Positions 30,033 to 43,320 of a DNA stretch of 64,000 bases are shown piece by piece (the first letter of the stretch is position 1; each line of letters opens with the position of its first letter). Location of the stretch: assembly GCF_009914755.1 (NCBI RefSeq), contig NC_060945.1; one strand, given 5' to 3'. The notes below the pieces were generated by a model. That model made no database searches, was not told where the DNA came from, and saw only the letters and a program-made list of their open reading frames with translations. The stretch comes from the human T2T-CHM13v2.0 reference genome, Homo sapiens. Position numbers and translations under genes: made by a program.

Positions 30033-30530
30033 CATAATTATCTTTGTTAAACTTCAATCACATGGGTTTCTAATTTAATAGCATGGCGACTACAGAATGT
30101 GGTCTGTCATGTATCAAGCATTTGAAATTGGTTGAGCCTTCCGTTTTAGCCTTTATGTATGTGTAAGATATTGGAAAATATTCTTGGTAAAATTGACCAG
30201 AAGATGTATTCTACAGTCACTGTTTAAGAAACAAGTGAAAATGGTGGTTAAAATAACCAAAACAACTAAACGTGTGTGGAAATAAACAAAGACTACCCAA
30301 AGGAGAGCAGGCAGAGGCGATCCATTCAGAGCTTGCTGTAGCATAGGAGTCAGACACTGTCACTTGTGTTTGGCAGAAACTCAAATCAGGCTGTTGATCA
30401 AGTTTTTATCATGAGGGCAGGTTTCAAGACTGCCATTCATTTTTCACTGATAGTTTACTTTGGGCTTACCAGGAAAATCAGTCACTGTTAACCAATCATT
30501 GGTTTCTATGTAAATCAAAATATTAACAAT

Positions 30531-30833
30531 TGCCCAAGTGCAGTAGCTCACACCTTCAACCCCAGCACTTTGGGAGCCTGAGGCAAACAAATTGCTTGAG
30601 CCCGGGAGTTCAAGAGCAGCCTGGGCAACATGGCAAACCCCACCTCTAAAAAAATACAAAAATTAGCCTGGCATAGTGGCATGCACCTGTAGTCCCAGCT
30701 TCTCGGGAGGTTGAGGTAAGAGGATGGCTTGAGCCTGGGAGGTCAAGGCTGTAGTGAGCCATGTTCATACGACTGAACTCCAGCCTGGGTGGCAAAGGGA
30801 GACCCTGTCTTAAAACAAACAACAACAAAAAAC
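30531..30833 (+). mobile_element. AluJ
   Basis: GAGGTCAAGGCTGTAGTGAGCCATG diagnostic and an A-rich tail. Confidence 0.88.
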
Positions 30834-33800
30834 AGTCTCTATTTACATAACTTAAAGAAGCCCTTTGGAGAAGGTAGAAACAGACTTTGCTGCCCTCTCT
30901 GAGCAAACATTGTCTCATTAATCCTCCCCACAACCCAACAAGGAGGTTTGACCTACTGAGTTCCATTTTAGGAGATAAGAAGCCGCTGTATGCCTCAGTT
31001 GGCTACCCAGTCTAGGGGCAGTAAGCCCCCACTTGCTATAATAGGTTGTGATTGTCTGATGTATTAAACTGAACTTTAAAAAGTCATTTCTATTTCGCTA
31101 CACAGCAGTGGGGCAGCGCAGAAACAAGGAAATTATATCTTCCGCTTCGACTGTTTTTCATTTTTACTTTGTGTTTCTAGATTCTCAAACTTCCATCACT
31201 CTAACAGATTCTCAAATTAGAGGAGAAAACAATCTTACTTTACATAAAAACACCAAATTGATCCTTTATGGATGCAGTGTGGTCAATGACAGCATTTGTT
31301 TTCCCAGCATAGATTGTGCTGATGCATTGTGTATGTGGCCTGGTCTGTAGCCTGTGTGATTGACAGATGATTGAGAGACAGAGAGAGAGAGAGATTGTCA
31401 GGAGGCTTAATGATCCTCACAACACAACTGGGGTAGGTGCTGTGGCCCCCACATTACAGCCGAGGCCCAGAGAGAGTCAGTAGCTCACCCAAGGTCACAC
31501 AGCTTGTGAACAGCAGAGCCATAATTTGATCAATGCTGCTAGGCTGCCTGTCAAAATACACCCAAAACAAAACTTACTTTTTGTATAGCATGAGCTTTTA
31601 ATTCTACGGGTTGCTGTTGCATTGAATTATGCCCTAGTGTAACACAAACTAAAATATCCAGTTGCAAAATTAAATAATAAATAAATAATGGGTCTGCGTG
31701 CTGTTTATCAGTCCAAATGTGGCTGCATTTTTTGGCCAACTATGTCTTTTAAGATTACATCCTAACATTAAGTTTTTGTTGGTTTCTAATCCCAGCTTTG
31801 GCAGTTTTGGACAAAAGCTATGGGCATAATATCCTCTTGGCCCTCCAGGCAGGGGCGCTGCAGATTCTGGGCTGGGGGTCAGTGGGGGCAGCTTACAAAA
31901 TGTTTTTCTGTGAGGGCCTCGGCTGAAATAGAGGGGAACACTGCTGAGCTCTGGCCTCTGTGTCTGTATCTTGACTGACTTTTTAAATTTTTTTTTCTGA
32001 AATTTCTGTGTGGCCTGACAAGTCCGAGACTACCACAAAGTGGCCACAAAATTTGTTTAAATGTTGTCTGTCAAGTTGGAAATTTTATTTTAAAATTCAT
32101 GGTGCAATGGCATTATAATAAACCTTATTTTTCCTTCTGCAGTCTGTTTCTGGATGCTGGCAGTCATTCAGAAACATTTGCTGAGCACCTCGTACCTGCT
32201 GAATGAACCCACGTGAAGGGGAGCCAGGAGTGCGGATCATTAAAAAGCCTGTACTTTCTCAGTCCCCATTTGACACCACAGAGAGAAAATGCATGCTCCT
32301 GATTTGGGTAGATCTAGAATGTTCTTATGAATATGGTAGGTGGAGCAAGGGAACCAGGTTCTTATGATACATGATAAGAAAGGCCCTAGCTTGGTCAGAC
32401 ACAAATAAAAGCCAAGCTTTTCATCTAAACTCCCTTGCACCATCACCCCCTTACCAACCAGTACAGAGAGCTTAACATCTCTATACCAGATAGTGAATGT
32501 TTCTAATAAGAATGGCAAATTCTTATTGTGAGAGAGATAAGGGCATTCAAGTGTTAATTCAAGAGAAATATGTATATGGTTCTTTAAATGATTTATTTAC
32601 TAACAGCATTAAGTATGGTGTAAAGGAATTTACATACCCTAATTCTCGTCTATATATTTTTTTGGATTTTAAAATGACAACTTGTCTAAGTTCGCATTAG
32701 TATTAAGCCCTAACATGAGACAGTATTTATAGCATAAGATTTTTGCCACCTATTTTTAATTGTAGCGCTGTTTTATCAATAAGATCAATTAAAGAGTTGA
32801 ACTTTTGAAAAGAAGAAACATGAAAATGAATTTCTAACTGTACAGTATTGAATACATGAAAGTTCTCTTAAACTTAGTCCAGAGTCTCAATAAACATGGT
32901 AAGTATGTAATAATTCACATTTACAACCGCCATAAAAACTCTATCAACCAAATTATTTTATGACGTCAAAATTATCTGAAAAAAATTGAGGAACTAAAAT
33001 TTTTAAAAATAGGTTCTCAGTTAGAGCTGTCTATTAAAAGGATAAATTTTAAACTCTCCGGAGCTGGCCTTCCTGGTTCCAGGAGCAGCCTGTTGGCCTT
33101 CTCTCGCAAAGCTCAGTTCCTTTCCTCCATTCCAGAAGACCCTCAAGCCTGTCCCATGCACCTGGTTTTACATTTTTAAATGTTAAAAGGAAGACCACCG
33201 TGAAAGATTGGCATGTTAATAGTAGGCTAAGGCGACAGGTGCTGGGGCTCCAGCTTAGAGATCCCCACAGATTCCATGCTCCCAGGGCTGGCTGCAGCCA
33301 TCTGCCCCCACCCACCCCCACCCACCCCCACCCGGCCCAGCCCTCCCCTCCTGGAGGTGGAATCGTGGCTTGCACAATCCCCTCTGGGCCCCTGGGGGAG
33401 GCGCACCATATTGATTTTTTGGACTTCGTTTCTGTGTGTCTCACCAGTCTTTGCCCGGCACAGTGACTCACTGGCGTCCCTTTCAGGACTTTCTCCCGCC
33501 TGATAACATCTAAATGACTCATGCCTACACCACCTGGAGAGCTCAGGGAAGGCACGGTTTGTTCAGGCCACCCTCACTCCAAGGGCCAGCCCTTTTTTGG
33601 AATAGAAACTAAAAGTTGGTAGCTTCCATTTGTAGTTCCATCTAACAGAAGAGCCGACCCACTCACATTAGCTGGCTCACGACTAAGGCAACCAATGCCT
33701 CCCAGAACATAGACTCAACTGGCAACCCCGGCACTGAAGGTCAAGGTGAGTCAAAGACACTCATGCAGAAGGGTGGATGCTCTTCCAAGTGTGACTGGCT

Positions 33801-34332
33801 GGCCTGCACGGCTCACTGCCTCCCCTCCTCCCGTCAAGATGCAGCTTCAGTTTAAACCACCTTCGTTCCATTCATCAAAGAGGAATATTTACTGTTATTG
33901 TAATGACTCTTCTCACAGTACACAAGGCTACACCTGAAACACACAGGCCTTTCAGAAAGCACAAAGGAGCATTGTGCAAGCCCCTGCCCAGTGAGATGGA
34001 TGGGGGCGTAGACACGCCAGTTAACAGCCGGGCTTTGCAGGCCAGCAAGACTTATCTGTGGCCGCACCATGGCCACTGAGCTTGTACCTTTCTTCTTTTA
34101 AAAATTGCTCCTTCATTATAAGCAGAGTTAAATACCTGCACATGTGATTTGTGTTGAAATAATAAAGCAACAAACACACATCAAGCTGAGGAGAGAATCT
34201 TGGCTAAGGTAGGAAGTCGTGGGTCTGGTCTCAGTCTGTGCTGCTGACCAACTGTAAGAACTCAGAACTCACTGTCCACTCAGGACCACAGTGTCTCATC
34301 TGAAAGGACGAGGAGACTGGAACACACCAGAG

Positions 34333-34836
34333 CCATGGTTCTCAATGTGTGGTCCAGAGGCCCTCGGGGGTCCCTGAGCCTCTTTCTGGGGATCTGTGAG
34401 GTCAAAACTACTTTCACAAGTATGGTTTGCCTTTTTCACTCTCACTCTCTCATGCTTGAACAATGGAATCTTCTAAAGGCTTCCTGACACGTGATGCTAC
34501 AATGGATGGAATCCAGAGGTGGATAGGAGAAGCCAGCTGCCTTCTATTAAACCAGAAATGAAGAACATTTGCAGAAATGTACAACAATGCCATGCTTCCC
34601 ATTAATTATTTTGTTCTTGCTTTAGAATATGTCACTTTTCATTGAAAAATGTTACTCATGATTTTATGTAAAAGGTTTATTGTTGTTACTTTTAAATATA
34701 TATTTTAAGTGTTTTTTAGTTTTGATTTCTAATATGGCAAAAATTGGTAAAATCACATACACAAGGGCTTTTGGGGATCCTCAAAACTTTTTAAGAGTGT
34801 AAAGGGATCCAGAGACCAAAAGTTTGATAACCACTA
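34333..34836 (+). mobile_element. MER119-like hAT-Charlie element
   Basis: TGGTTCTCAATGTGTGGTCC...GAGGTCAAAACTA...GAGACCAAAAGTTTGATAACCACT. Confidence 0.72.
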
Positions 34837-36305
34837 ACCAAAAACTTTGACAACCATCATCTTGAAGGGTCCTTGGACTTTCTGGAATTTGGATCTCCCT
34901 TGCCTTGTTCAGTTTTCTCTCTTTTTAGCCATCTCGTACTTACAGCCATTTCAGTTCCTATGTACCTGACTTATTAATTATGCTTATTGTTTACCATGTG
35001 TGTTCCCCTCCCATATAAACTCCATGAGGACTGAGATATTTGTCCATGATGTTCATCAGTGCATCCCAGGCTGCCTAGAACTGGGCCTGGCCCTTAGCAG
35101 GCACTTGTTTTTGGATGGGAGGGAGGAGAAGGGAGGGGAGAGGGCAAGTTCTTTCAGTGTCTGTATAATGGACAGAGCAAGGTGTACCACCTCGGTGTGA
35201 TAGAAGAGATGGAGACAGGAGAAAGGAAGCTCTGCACAGGATCACGTGGTAGGTGGCAAAGTCAGGGCTCCATCACAGCTTCTGTTGTCACATGACTCTG
35301 TTATCTGACCCTTTAAGGCAGCCCCTTCTGCTCCAACAGAGCTTCAGGGTAACTGAGTGCCCCGCAATTGGTGTTAGCAGAGAATCTGTGTCCAGTTGAT
35401 CCCTAAAAGTTTGAGGAACACTCATTCCCCAGTGCATAAGTTCCTGATAAATGACCTCATAAATAAATGACCTCCCTTTGTAGGAGGTTGGCTGGAAGGC
35501 TCAGATGCACATGGCTGCTGGAAGTGAGGTCCTCCCACAAGAGAACCAACACGTCCTTCAAGGGTCTCGGGGTCTGTGAACAGACATGGACATCAGGATT
35601 GGTTGAGGGGCTTCCAGGTTCAATCCTGGTGGCACAGGTGAGGCCCATTCACCAGACCAGAGTGTCGCCAGCCATCCATAGCAGGTGTGCTCTTTGTGGC
35701 TGCCTATGGCTTTTAGTCCTGAAAAGCTCAGGTTTAAGTAGCCAGGAGCACAACCCAGGCCTTGCTGCTGCTTCTGGACATCTCTGGGAGTGAAAAGGGA
35801 GTTCTATGCTCAGCCACCTGAGTTTGTGGAGCTCGTTTCAATCTCAGCCTCTCCCATCAGCCTCCTGGTGACTCCTCTAAGAGGTCTCAGTGCTTCCTTC
35901 ACCCTCAATACTCAAGGCCTTGGCGAAAGGGAATTCTTCTGAGACCTGAAGTGTAGAATCACGAGGGAGAAACAGTCAAGCAAAATTGACCGTTATCGCC
36001 CAGGAGATAAGACCCAGGAGTCAGTTCAGAGAACGCAGACATGACCGTAGAATTGTGTACATAGCAGGCCTTGCCCTCAGTGGATATCCAATAAATTGCA
36101 ATGGACATATGTTTTCTTTTCTGCACACTCTCTTGCCTTTCCCTTGGCTGGATCTTGGGGCTTCTGGGAGAGTGATGCAGAGGGGAATATTGGAAGAAGA
36201 GGCTGAGAGCACAGATGAAAGTCATCCCATCTGTTTGGATTTCATTTTAAGAGCAGTGCAGAGGCATTGAGTGTTTTTAGGCAGAGAATAACATTAAGGA
36301 ACGTA

Positions 36306-38667
36306 CAGGTGTACTTCGGAGATATTGCAGGCTCAGTTCCACACTGCAGCAATAAAGCAATTATCGCAATAAAGTCATATAAATATTTCAGGTTTCTCGG
36401 TTCATATAAAAGTTATATTCACACTATATTGTAGTCTATCTAGTGTGCAATAGCATTATGTCTAAAAAACAATGTACATACCTTAATTTAAAAATACTTT
36501 ATTGCTAGAAAGTGCTAATAATCATCTAAGTCTTTGTCAAGTCATAATCTTCTTGTTGGTGGGTGGTCTTTCTGGATGTGGATGGCTGCTGACCAATCAG
36601 GGTGGCTGTGGCAATTTCTTGAACTGAGACAACAGTGAAGTTTGCTGCATTCATTGGCTTTTCCCTTCATGAAAGATTTCTCTAGCATGCAATACTGTTT
36701 GATGGCATTTTACCTACAGAACGTCTTTCAAAATTGGAGTCAATCTTCTCAAACTCTGCCACTGCTTTATCAACTATTTATGCAATATTCTAAATCCTTT
36801 GTTGTCGTTTCAACAAAGTTCAGAGCATCTTCAGCAGGAGTAGATTCCATCTCAAGAAACCACTCTCTTTGCTTATTCATAATAAACAACTCCTTGTGTG
36901 TGAAAGTTTTATCATGAGATTGCAGCAATTCAGTCACGTCTTCCGGCTCCACTTCTAATTCTAGTTTTGTTGCTTTTTTTTTTTTACCACATCTGCAGTT
37001 ATTTCCTCCACTGAAGTCTTGAGCCTCTCAAAGTCATCCCTGAGGGTTAGAATCCACTTCTTCCAAACTCCTGTTATTGTTGATATTTTCACTTCCTACC
37101 ATGAATCATGAATGTTCTTAACGACATCTAGAATGAGAATCTTTTCCAGAAAGTTTTCAATTTACTTTGCCCAGTTCCATCAGAGGAACTACTCTCTACG
37201 GCAGCTATAGCCTTATAAAATGTATTTCCTAAATAAGACTTGAAAGTCAAAATTATCCCCTCTATCTGTGGACTGCAGAATGGATGTTATATTAGCATAC
37301 ATGAAAACAGCATTTATCTCCTTGTAAATCTCCATCAGAGCTCTTGGGTAACTAAGTGCATTGTTAATATTGAACGATAATATTTTGAAAGGAATAGTTT
37401 TTTCTAAGCAGTAGTTTTCAACAGGGGGTTTAAGATATTTAGTAAACCATACTATAAACAGATGTGCTGTCAGCGAGGCCTTGTTCCATTTCTAGAGAAC
37501 AGGCAGAATGGATTTAGCATAATTCTTAAGGGCCCTTAAGATTTTCAAAATGGTCAGTGAGCATTGGCTTCAACTTAGTTACCAGCAGCACCAGCCCCAC
37601 CAAGAGAGTAAGCCTGTCCTTTAAATTTTTGAAGTCAGACATTGACTTCTCCTCTCTAGCTATGAAAATCTTAGGTAGTATCTTCTAATACAAGGTTGTT
37701 TCATCTACACTGAAAATCTGTGATTTAGTGTAGTCACCTTCATCAATGATCTTAGCTAGATCTTCAGGATAACTTGCCGCAGCTTCTCCATCAGCATTTG
37801 CTGCTTCACCCTGCACTTTTACATTCTGGAGATGACTTCTTTTTTTAAATGTCATGAACCAATCTCTGCTTATGCAGCTTCCTCATACCTCTCAGGCATC
37901 ACAGAATTGAAGAGAGTTAGGGCCTTGCTCTGGATTAGGCTCTGGCTTAAGGGAATGTTGTGGCTGGTTTGGTGTTCTATCCAGACCACTCAAACTCTCC
38001 GCGTCAGCATAAGGCTGTTTCACTTTCTTACCATTCATGTGTTTGCTGGAGTAGCATTTTTAATTTACTTGAAGAACTTTCTCTTTGCATCCACAACTTG
38101 GCTATTTGGCACAAGAGGCCTGGCTTTTGGCCTATCTTGGTTTTGACATGTCTTCCTCACTCAGCTTAATCATTTCTAGTTTTTTATTTAAAGTGGGATA
38201 CGTGTGACCCTTTCTTTCACTTGAACACTTGGAGGCCACTGCAGGCTTATTAACTGGCCTAATTTCAATATTGTTGTGCCTCAAGGAATAAGGAGGTCCA
38301 AGGAGAGGGAGAGAGACAGGGAAATGCCCAGCCAGTGGAGCAGTCAGAATACATACACATTTATTGATTCCGTTCACTGTTTTCTGTGGGTACAGTTTGT
38401 GGTTCCCCAAAACGATTATAATAATAATATCAAGGACCACTGACCACAGACCACCACAACAGATAGAATAATAATAAATTTGTGCAAATAAATAATAAAA
38501 AAACATTGTGAAAATTACCAAAATGGGACACAGAGATAGGAAGTGAGCCCATGCCTTTGGAGACATGGCACCAGTGGACCTGCTGTATACCACAACCTTC
38601 AGTTTATAAAGAACATGGTATCTGTAAAGTACGATAAGGTAAAGCACAGTAAAACGAGGTGTGCCAG
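36306..38667 (-). mobile_element. Tigger1 DNA transposon, near full length (~2.36 kb), with a decayed transposase
   Basis: TA|CAGGTGTACTTCGGAGATATTGC at one end and AAAACGAGGTGTGCCAG at the other. The minus-strand ORF fragments ASKCSSERKGHTYPTLNKKLEMIKLSEE and [15 protein letters not shown]...[13 protein letters not shown] match the pogo-like Tigger1 transposase. Confidence 0.93.
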
Positions 38668-39311
38668 TGTTGGGGAGCACATCTGGCTGCCTGGCATAGT
38701 ATTGACTGAAAGAAAGATAACAGAGGGAGGGTATCTGAAAAGTAACTGCCAGATGCTATGGTGTCTGCTCCTTTGCAGTCAGGGAGAAGAGAAAGAAGAG
38801 ACTGATTATCAAAGAAATCCCAAAGCTAGAATCCGCAGACCCCCATTCCAGATTCATTAAAAGTGGACAAGAGATAGGGGAGCCTGAGGATTGTCCCTGG
38901 TTGACTGGAAGGTCACCCAGGAGGAAGGGGTGTACCTCAGAGATGGACAGGGATGGGCCTTCTGCTCGTCCTACAGGCACCCATTCTCAGCACAGGCTCA
39001 TCCAGCCAAAGACTAAATTTCCCAGCCTCCTTTGCAACTAGATGATATCACGTGACAAAATCCAGACCAATGGGCCTGCCATGTGCAATTCTGATTAGTG
39101 CCCTTAGGAAGATGAGCCTCTGCTTCTCTTTCCTCCTTTCCTAGGGAGGAATGCAAATGTGGTAGGGAGACATCTTCAACCAGGAGAATGAGGACACAGC
39201 AAGGTGGGAGGATCCTAAGTCCCAAAACTACCACAACATCACCAAGCCAACAAACCAGCCTAGGGTCACCTTCCCCAAGTGTTATGGGAGTGAATAATAA
39301 ACCTCTATTTC

Positions 39312-39617
<306 letters not shown>

Positions 39618-40337
39618 AAACCTCTATTTCATTTAAGCCCCTGTATGTGTGGCCTCCTGTTACTGATGTTATTTTCATGTGTTATTCTACGCGAGGGGCA
39701 GAACAACTTGCTTTTGTTGTATTTCAAGTGACTGTATCGCTGAACCAACCACTCTCGGAGCCACACTTCCTCTGCCTACAGGCTCTGTGTTGACTTGTGG
39801 CATGAAGAACACCTGTGAGGTATCCACAGCATACACCAGCCCAGGGACGGAGGCCACATGGGCCTGAGCCTGCAGCTGGCAGTGGCGGACACAGATGCTC
39901 CAGCAGGAGTGAGGGGAAACACTCCACCAAATGAAGGCCTCAGGGTCATTCGGACCTCGTGGAAACAAGTTGTATCAGGTTTGCTGGCGAAGCAGCTAGG
40001 AGGCTGTGGCAGCTGTTATTTATTCTTCAGTAGGACATTTGGCGCAATGTCTTACATCTTCATGGGTAATTAGACAAAAAGAGCTCACCACCCCTAGGTG
40101 ATGTCAATGCAGAGGGAGAGTCCTAGTGACATACTACGGGCTTGGCCTCAGTCACTGTTTGTTCAATGACTTGCTTATCAGGGTTATATGTGGGCCAAAG
40201 CAGTTACTAATAGAAGAGACCTTGGATAACAAACTCGAGGGTCATAAAGATCTGGAGAGGCTGGAATGATGCACTGAACCTACACAGACTCATTCATTCC
40301 TCCCCCATCTGTTCATTCAGTGAAAGCATATTCATCA

Positions 40338-40740
<403 letters not shown>

Positions 40741-41933
40741 ATCATTTTTGGAGAGATAATGCTGGGAGCGCATTATTGGCAGGATGTGATAGTGACATGA
40801 AAGTAAGGCTCTTTCCGCTTGGGATCGGCAAGAACTGCCCTGAGCCAGTGACATTTGCCCATTTGCCTCAGATGATGAAAAGGAGCCAGGCTTGAGAGCC
40901 AGGTGGAAAGAACGCCAGGGAGCAGCGAGTGCAAAGGCCCCAGGGGGCAGCAACGGGAGTTTTCCAGGAACAGACCCAGGCAGGTACACTGGAGTGTGAC
41001 CAGCAAAGAGGAGAATGAGGAAGGGGGTGGGGACCAGGTCACAGAGGGCATGGTGAGGAGTTTTGGATTCTCTTCTCTGCAGGGTGAGAAACCTTCTGGG
41101 AATTTTGAGGAGAGAGGTGGCGTCATAGGATTAACTTCTCCAAAGGCTACATTGGCTGCTGTGTGCAGGGTGGATTCTAGGAGGTAGAACAGAGGAGAGC
41201 TGGGAGGCTCTTGCATGGTGGTGATGACCAGGGCACTAGAGAAGAGACTGTGCTTGAGATGTGTTCTGGAAGCAGAGTCCACGGCATTTGCTGATGGTTT
41301 ATGGGAGTAAAGGAAGAAGAGAAATCCAGGACAACTCCAGGTCTTTTGCTGAGCAACCGGTGGGTGGTGGTACCGGTTCCTGGGACGAGAAGCCCTTTTC
41401 TCCATCTCTGCTAATAACTCGCTGGCCTGAGCCAGCCTCGTCACTTGCCTTTAATGCTCCTGTGGTCACATGGCTGGCTGCCCTGCTGCCACCACGCCTC
41501 TTCCCCATGGTCTGGGATTGATCATGTGCAGGGCAGCACCTGAGGTCCACATTAACACTCCCACACACCAACAGATGAGCTTGGAAGGAAGCCCCTGTGT
41601 GGTTCACACACAGGAAATAGGCGGGTGGTCACTGTGTGGGACTGTCTTGGATGGCAGGTCAATGGCACATCTCTGGTCGAGGAGGGGAATAAGGACACCA
41701 GGCAGGGGAGATGCCTGAGTTGAAGGAGTGAGACCAAGGCAGAAGCCCACCCAGAGGATGAGGGCTGAGGGAAAGAGAAGGTTCTCATGCACAGTGAACA
41801 GGAAGCAGGGGGCTCTCCGGACCCGGAAGTGACCCTGGGCCGGCCAGGGGACAGACCAGTCTCTACTAGACCATGGGGCTGGCTCTGGGGGTATTTTAGG
41901 TCTCCAGGTTGATGTCTGCAAGGCCAGCTTTTT

Positions 41934-42132
41934 TTTTTTTTTTTTTGGAGACAAGGTCTTGCTCTGTTGCCCAGGCTGCAGTGCAGTGGCTCAATGCAAC
42001 CTCCACCTCCCAGGCTCAAGCAATTCTCCCACCTCAGCTTCCTGAGTAGCTAGGACTACAGGCACGCACCACCATGCCTGGCTAATTCTTGCATTTTTTG
42101 TAAAAATGGGGTCTCACCATGTTGTTCGGGCT
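41934..42132 (-). mobile_element. 5'-truncated Alu with a 14-bp TSD
   Basis: TSD AAGGCCAGCTTTTT (41920-33, 42133-46). Confidence 0.85.
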
Positions 42133-42689
42133 AAGGCCAGCTTTTTCTTGCTGATGCAGGAAGAGGGACTGGATCAGACTCAAATCTGAGAGGCCCTGGA
42201 GGACCCAGCTATGAGAAACTAGCAATGAACTAGAGCAGGAGGGCCAAAGGCAGCCTGCTGGCTTCTTCTCATTTTTCCAGCCTCTGACACCTCACACCAT
42301 TATGAACATGTAATTGACCTGAATTTGTAAATTCTTATTCTTTTTTTTAATGATTTCTTTCCTGCATGAATGGCAGAGGGTGACTCATCCCCAGGGACGG
42401 GGCTCAACCTTTCAACATGAACTCACCACCATGTAACGCGTGCGGCCCCCACTGGCTGAAGCCATTTGATAAATCCCTTTTTCTCATTTTTACAGAGAGA
42501 AGGTCTAAGATCCAAGCTACAGCCTAATTCAGCCATTTGCCCTTTACCCGAGTTTTTCAATATACTCCACACTTTCTTACTCCTGCTGAGAGCCCCACTT
42601 TCCTTGAATGCATTCCTCTCTTGGCTCCCTCCCTGCCGCCGGCCTTCTCCCTCTCTCTCCCTTCCAGGTCACTTCTCGTGATGAGATTG

Positions 42690-43045
42690 GACTTGTTTCC
42701 TGGGGCTCTGGTAACAAGTTAGCTTAAAACAGAGAAATGGACCCTTTCACAGTTCTGGAGGCCAGAAGTCTGAAATCAAGGTGTTGGAAGGGCCACTCTC
42801 CCTCTGAAGCCCCAGTAGAGGATCCTTCGTGGCCTCTTCCAGCTCCGGGGTCCCTGACACCCCCCGGCTTATGCCCGCTTCTCTCCCCTCACTGCCTCCG
42901 TCCTCACACGGCCATCTTCTCATCTCCTTGTATCTCTTCTCTGTGTGTCTCTTATAAGGACACTTGTCATTTGACTCAGGACCCAGCAGGATAACCCAGG
43001 ATAATCTCGTCTTGAGATCCATCACTTACTACAACTGCAAAGTCC
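42690..43045 (-). mobile_element. MLT1C-like LTR
   Basis: CACAGTTCTGGAGGCCAGAAGTCTGAAATCAAGGTGTTGG and TCTTATAAGGACACTTGTCAT. Confidence 0.8.
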
Positions 43046-43320
43046 TTTTTTTAGATGGAATTTCGTGCTTGTCACCCAGGCTGGAGTGCAATGGCACGAT
43101 CTAGGCTCGCTGCAACCTCTGCATCTGGGTTCAAGTGATTCTCCTGCCTCAGCCTCCTGAGTAGCAGGGATTAAAGGCACCTGTCACCATACCCGTCTAA
43201 TTTTTGTATGTTTAGTAGAGACGGGGTTTCACCATGTTGGCCAGTCTGGTCTCAAACTCCTGAGCTCAGATGATCTACCCACCTTTGCCTCCCAAAGTGC
43301 GTGAGCCACCGCACCCAGCC
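43046..43320 (-). mobile_element. AluS
   Basis: Antisense dimer with a small deletion near its 5' end. Confidence 0.87.

Noticed and set aside
36642-38860. ORFs up to 182 aa resembling a transposase or TIGD gene
   Set aside because: They are fragments of the decayed Tigger1; the frame is broken by stops and frameshifts, and the initiator Met is lost.
40773-41444. 223-aa minus-strand ORF
   Set aside because: It lies in L2-derived sequence, with no recognisable domain or gene structure.
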